Translations under genes and position numbers: made by a program | Notes under the pieces: model-generated | The model's database searches: none | What the model saw: only the letters and a program-made list of their open reading frames with translations | What the model was told of the DNA's origin: nothing | NCBI GenBank assembly: GCA_964450535.1 | Contig: CAYVDE010000003.1 | Span: 20,585 to 84,584, forward strand | Length of the DNA: 64,000 nucleotides | Direction of reading: 5' to 3' | Origin: an uncultured Desulfobacterales bacterium | GTDB taxonomy: Bacteria > Desulfobacterota > DSM-4660 > Desulfatiglandales > HGW-15 | In this document: positions 63,096 through 64,000 of the stretch, one piece after another | Layout: each line of letters begins with the position of its first letter | How positions within the stretch are numbered: position 1 is the stretch's first letter

Positions 63096-64000
63096 GCGAT
63101 CGATCCGGCATAAGCCTTCGTGTGGCCGTCGCCCTCCCGGTCAAAGAGACCTTCTCTTATGCCCCGCCCGATTCGCATTCTGGAGGACCATTGGTGGGCC
63201 GCCGCGTAACCGTGCCTTTCGGCCGCAGAAAGGCGACCGGCTATGTCCTGCAGCAGGAAAATCACGATCCTGACCAACCTCTTCGTCCGATCCTGAACAT
63301 ACAGGATGACTCCGCCCTTTTCCACGCGGGCATGGTCCCTTTCCTGTTGTGGGTGGCGGACTACTATAGGCACCCTGTCGGCCTCCTTATCCATGCGGTT
63401 CTCCCAGGTGGCGGAAGGTCCCGCTCTTTTTTTTCGGTCCGTTTGACCGACCGGGGGCGTTCCCTCCTATGCGAACTCCCGGTCGCTTCGACCGAACACC
63501 GCATGATGGCTTGGATCGGGGCCCATCCGGACAGGCGTTCTCCGTTTCCACTGCAAGATGTTCGAATGCTGGAGCAGAAAGGACTGGTTTCCATCGAGTA
63601 CCACCATCCGGTAAGGGGCCGAAAGGGTCCCAGCGTCCAGCGGTTGGTGCGCGCCTCCGAGGGTGCCGGCCTCGAATCCCTTCTGGAGAGCAGTTCAGAT
63701 ACCCTCAAGGCCCGGAATGAGTACCCCTTTCTCAAGGAGGTGTTTTCTTCGGACGGTTTGCTGCTCCGCGATATCAGGAAGAAGTATGCAAATGGGGAAT
63801 ACCTGGTGAGGAAGTGGGTCCAAAAGGGGGCCCTTGTGACCTGCAATATTCCCGTGCTCAAGACCCCGGCCGGATGCGAGCCTGTTCTGTTTAAAGAGCC
63901 GGCCGGGCTCTTTCCGCAGCAGGAGGCTGCACTGGAAGATATCCGGGCTTTCCTTCGGAAAGGAGACTTCGCCTCCTGCCTGGTTCACGGGGTGACGGGC
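63092..64000 (+). CDS. priA: primosomal protein N' (PriA), 3'-truncated by window edge
   Basis: Not in the supplied track (the ORF runs off the window). Proposed TTG start at 63092 forms a TTGA overlap with the upstream stop; GTG 63122 is the alternative. VAVALPVKETFSYAPP...GRRVTVPFGRRKATGYVL N-terminus, ending LVHGVTG at the start of the Walker A GVTGSGKT. Confidence 0.8.
   Translation, partial: MSDRSGISLRVAVALPVKETFSYAPPDSHSGGPLVGRRVTVPFGRRKATGYVLQQENHDPDQPLRPILNIQDDSALFHAGMVPFLLWVADYYRHPVGLLIHAVLPGGGRSRSFFSVRLTDRGRSLLCELPVASTEHRMMAWIGAHPDRRSPFPLQDVRMLEQKGLVSIEYHHPVRGRKGPSVQRLVRASEGAGLESLLESSSDTLKARNEYPFLKEVFSSDGLLLRDIRKKYANGEYLVRKWVQKGALVTCNIPVLKTPAGCEPVLFKEPAGLFPQQEAALEDIRAFLRKGDFASCLVHGVTG

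Noticed and set aside
63364-63988. Minus-strand ORFs (165 and 97 aa) at the right edge
   Set aside because: They are antisense to the priA reading frame, which shows clear PriA N-terminal motifs and ends in the beginning of the Walker A motif at the window edge.

Overview
High-GC (about 60%) bacterial chromosomal segment. Coding density is high, with roughly 58 protein genes. Gene content suggests an anaerobic, sulfate-reducing Desulfobacterota-like organism; this is an inference from aprBA, the anaerobic cbi pathway and a signal-peptide CbiK, with no database search possible.

Main blocks, left to right:
- Housekeeping genes: crotonase fragment, nitroreductase, prfC, tex, mitochondrial-type aconitase, SCP2, parvulin PPIase, hldD.
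- A small sORF-DUF3842-CooT operon with a structured leader.
- A polar amino-acid ABC transporter with a 336-nt repeat-rich gap between the binding-protein and permease genes.
- A PAS histidine kinase, an SBP_bac_3 protein, and a large secreted VWA protein with near-identical internal repeats.
- pntAA-pntAB-pntB, in which PntB carries a tandem duplicated NADP(H)-binding domain III.
- CGGC and small acidic proteins.
- A 1180-aa Lon-type protease with unrecognised N- and C-terminal extensions.
- aprBA (APS reductase) with no qmo or sat genes in this window and a decayed ISAzo13-like element upstream.
- A split-type GMP synthase B subunit and an MFS transporter.
- A large anaerobic cobalamin cluster. 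One part is cobalamin riboswitch -> cbiK(signal peptide)-btuC/D/F-like-cbiL-membrane protein. The other is cobQ-cbiA-cbiC-cbiD / cbiET-cbiFG-cbiH. cbiJ was not seen.
- An ABC-3 metal transporter lacking a binding protein, next to a YidD-like lipoprotein.
- GAF-HD-GYP, ADP-ribosylglycohydrolase, cvpA, mazG, mtgA, a Cache/HAMP/PAS kinase, plsC, and the 5' part of priA.

Non-coding highlights:
- A family of hairpins sharing a CACGAAG(G)/(C)CTTCGTG core at four loci.
- Two adjacent palindromes with a GTAACGTT core.
- A CRP/FNR-type palindrome upstream of aprB.

All functional calls rest on motif recognition by eye; no searches or folding programs were run.
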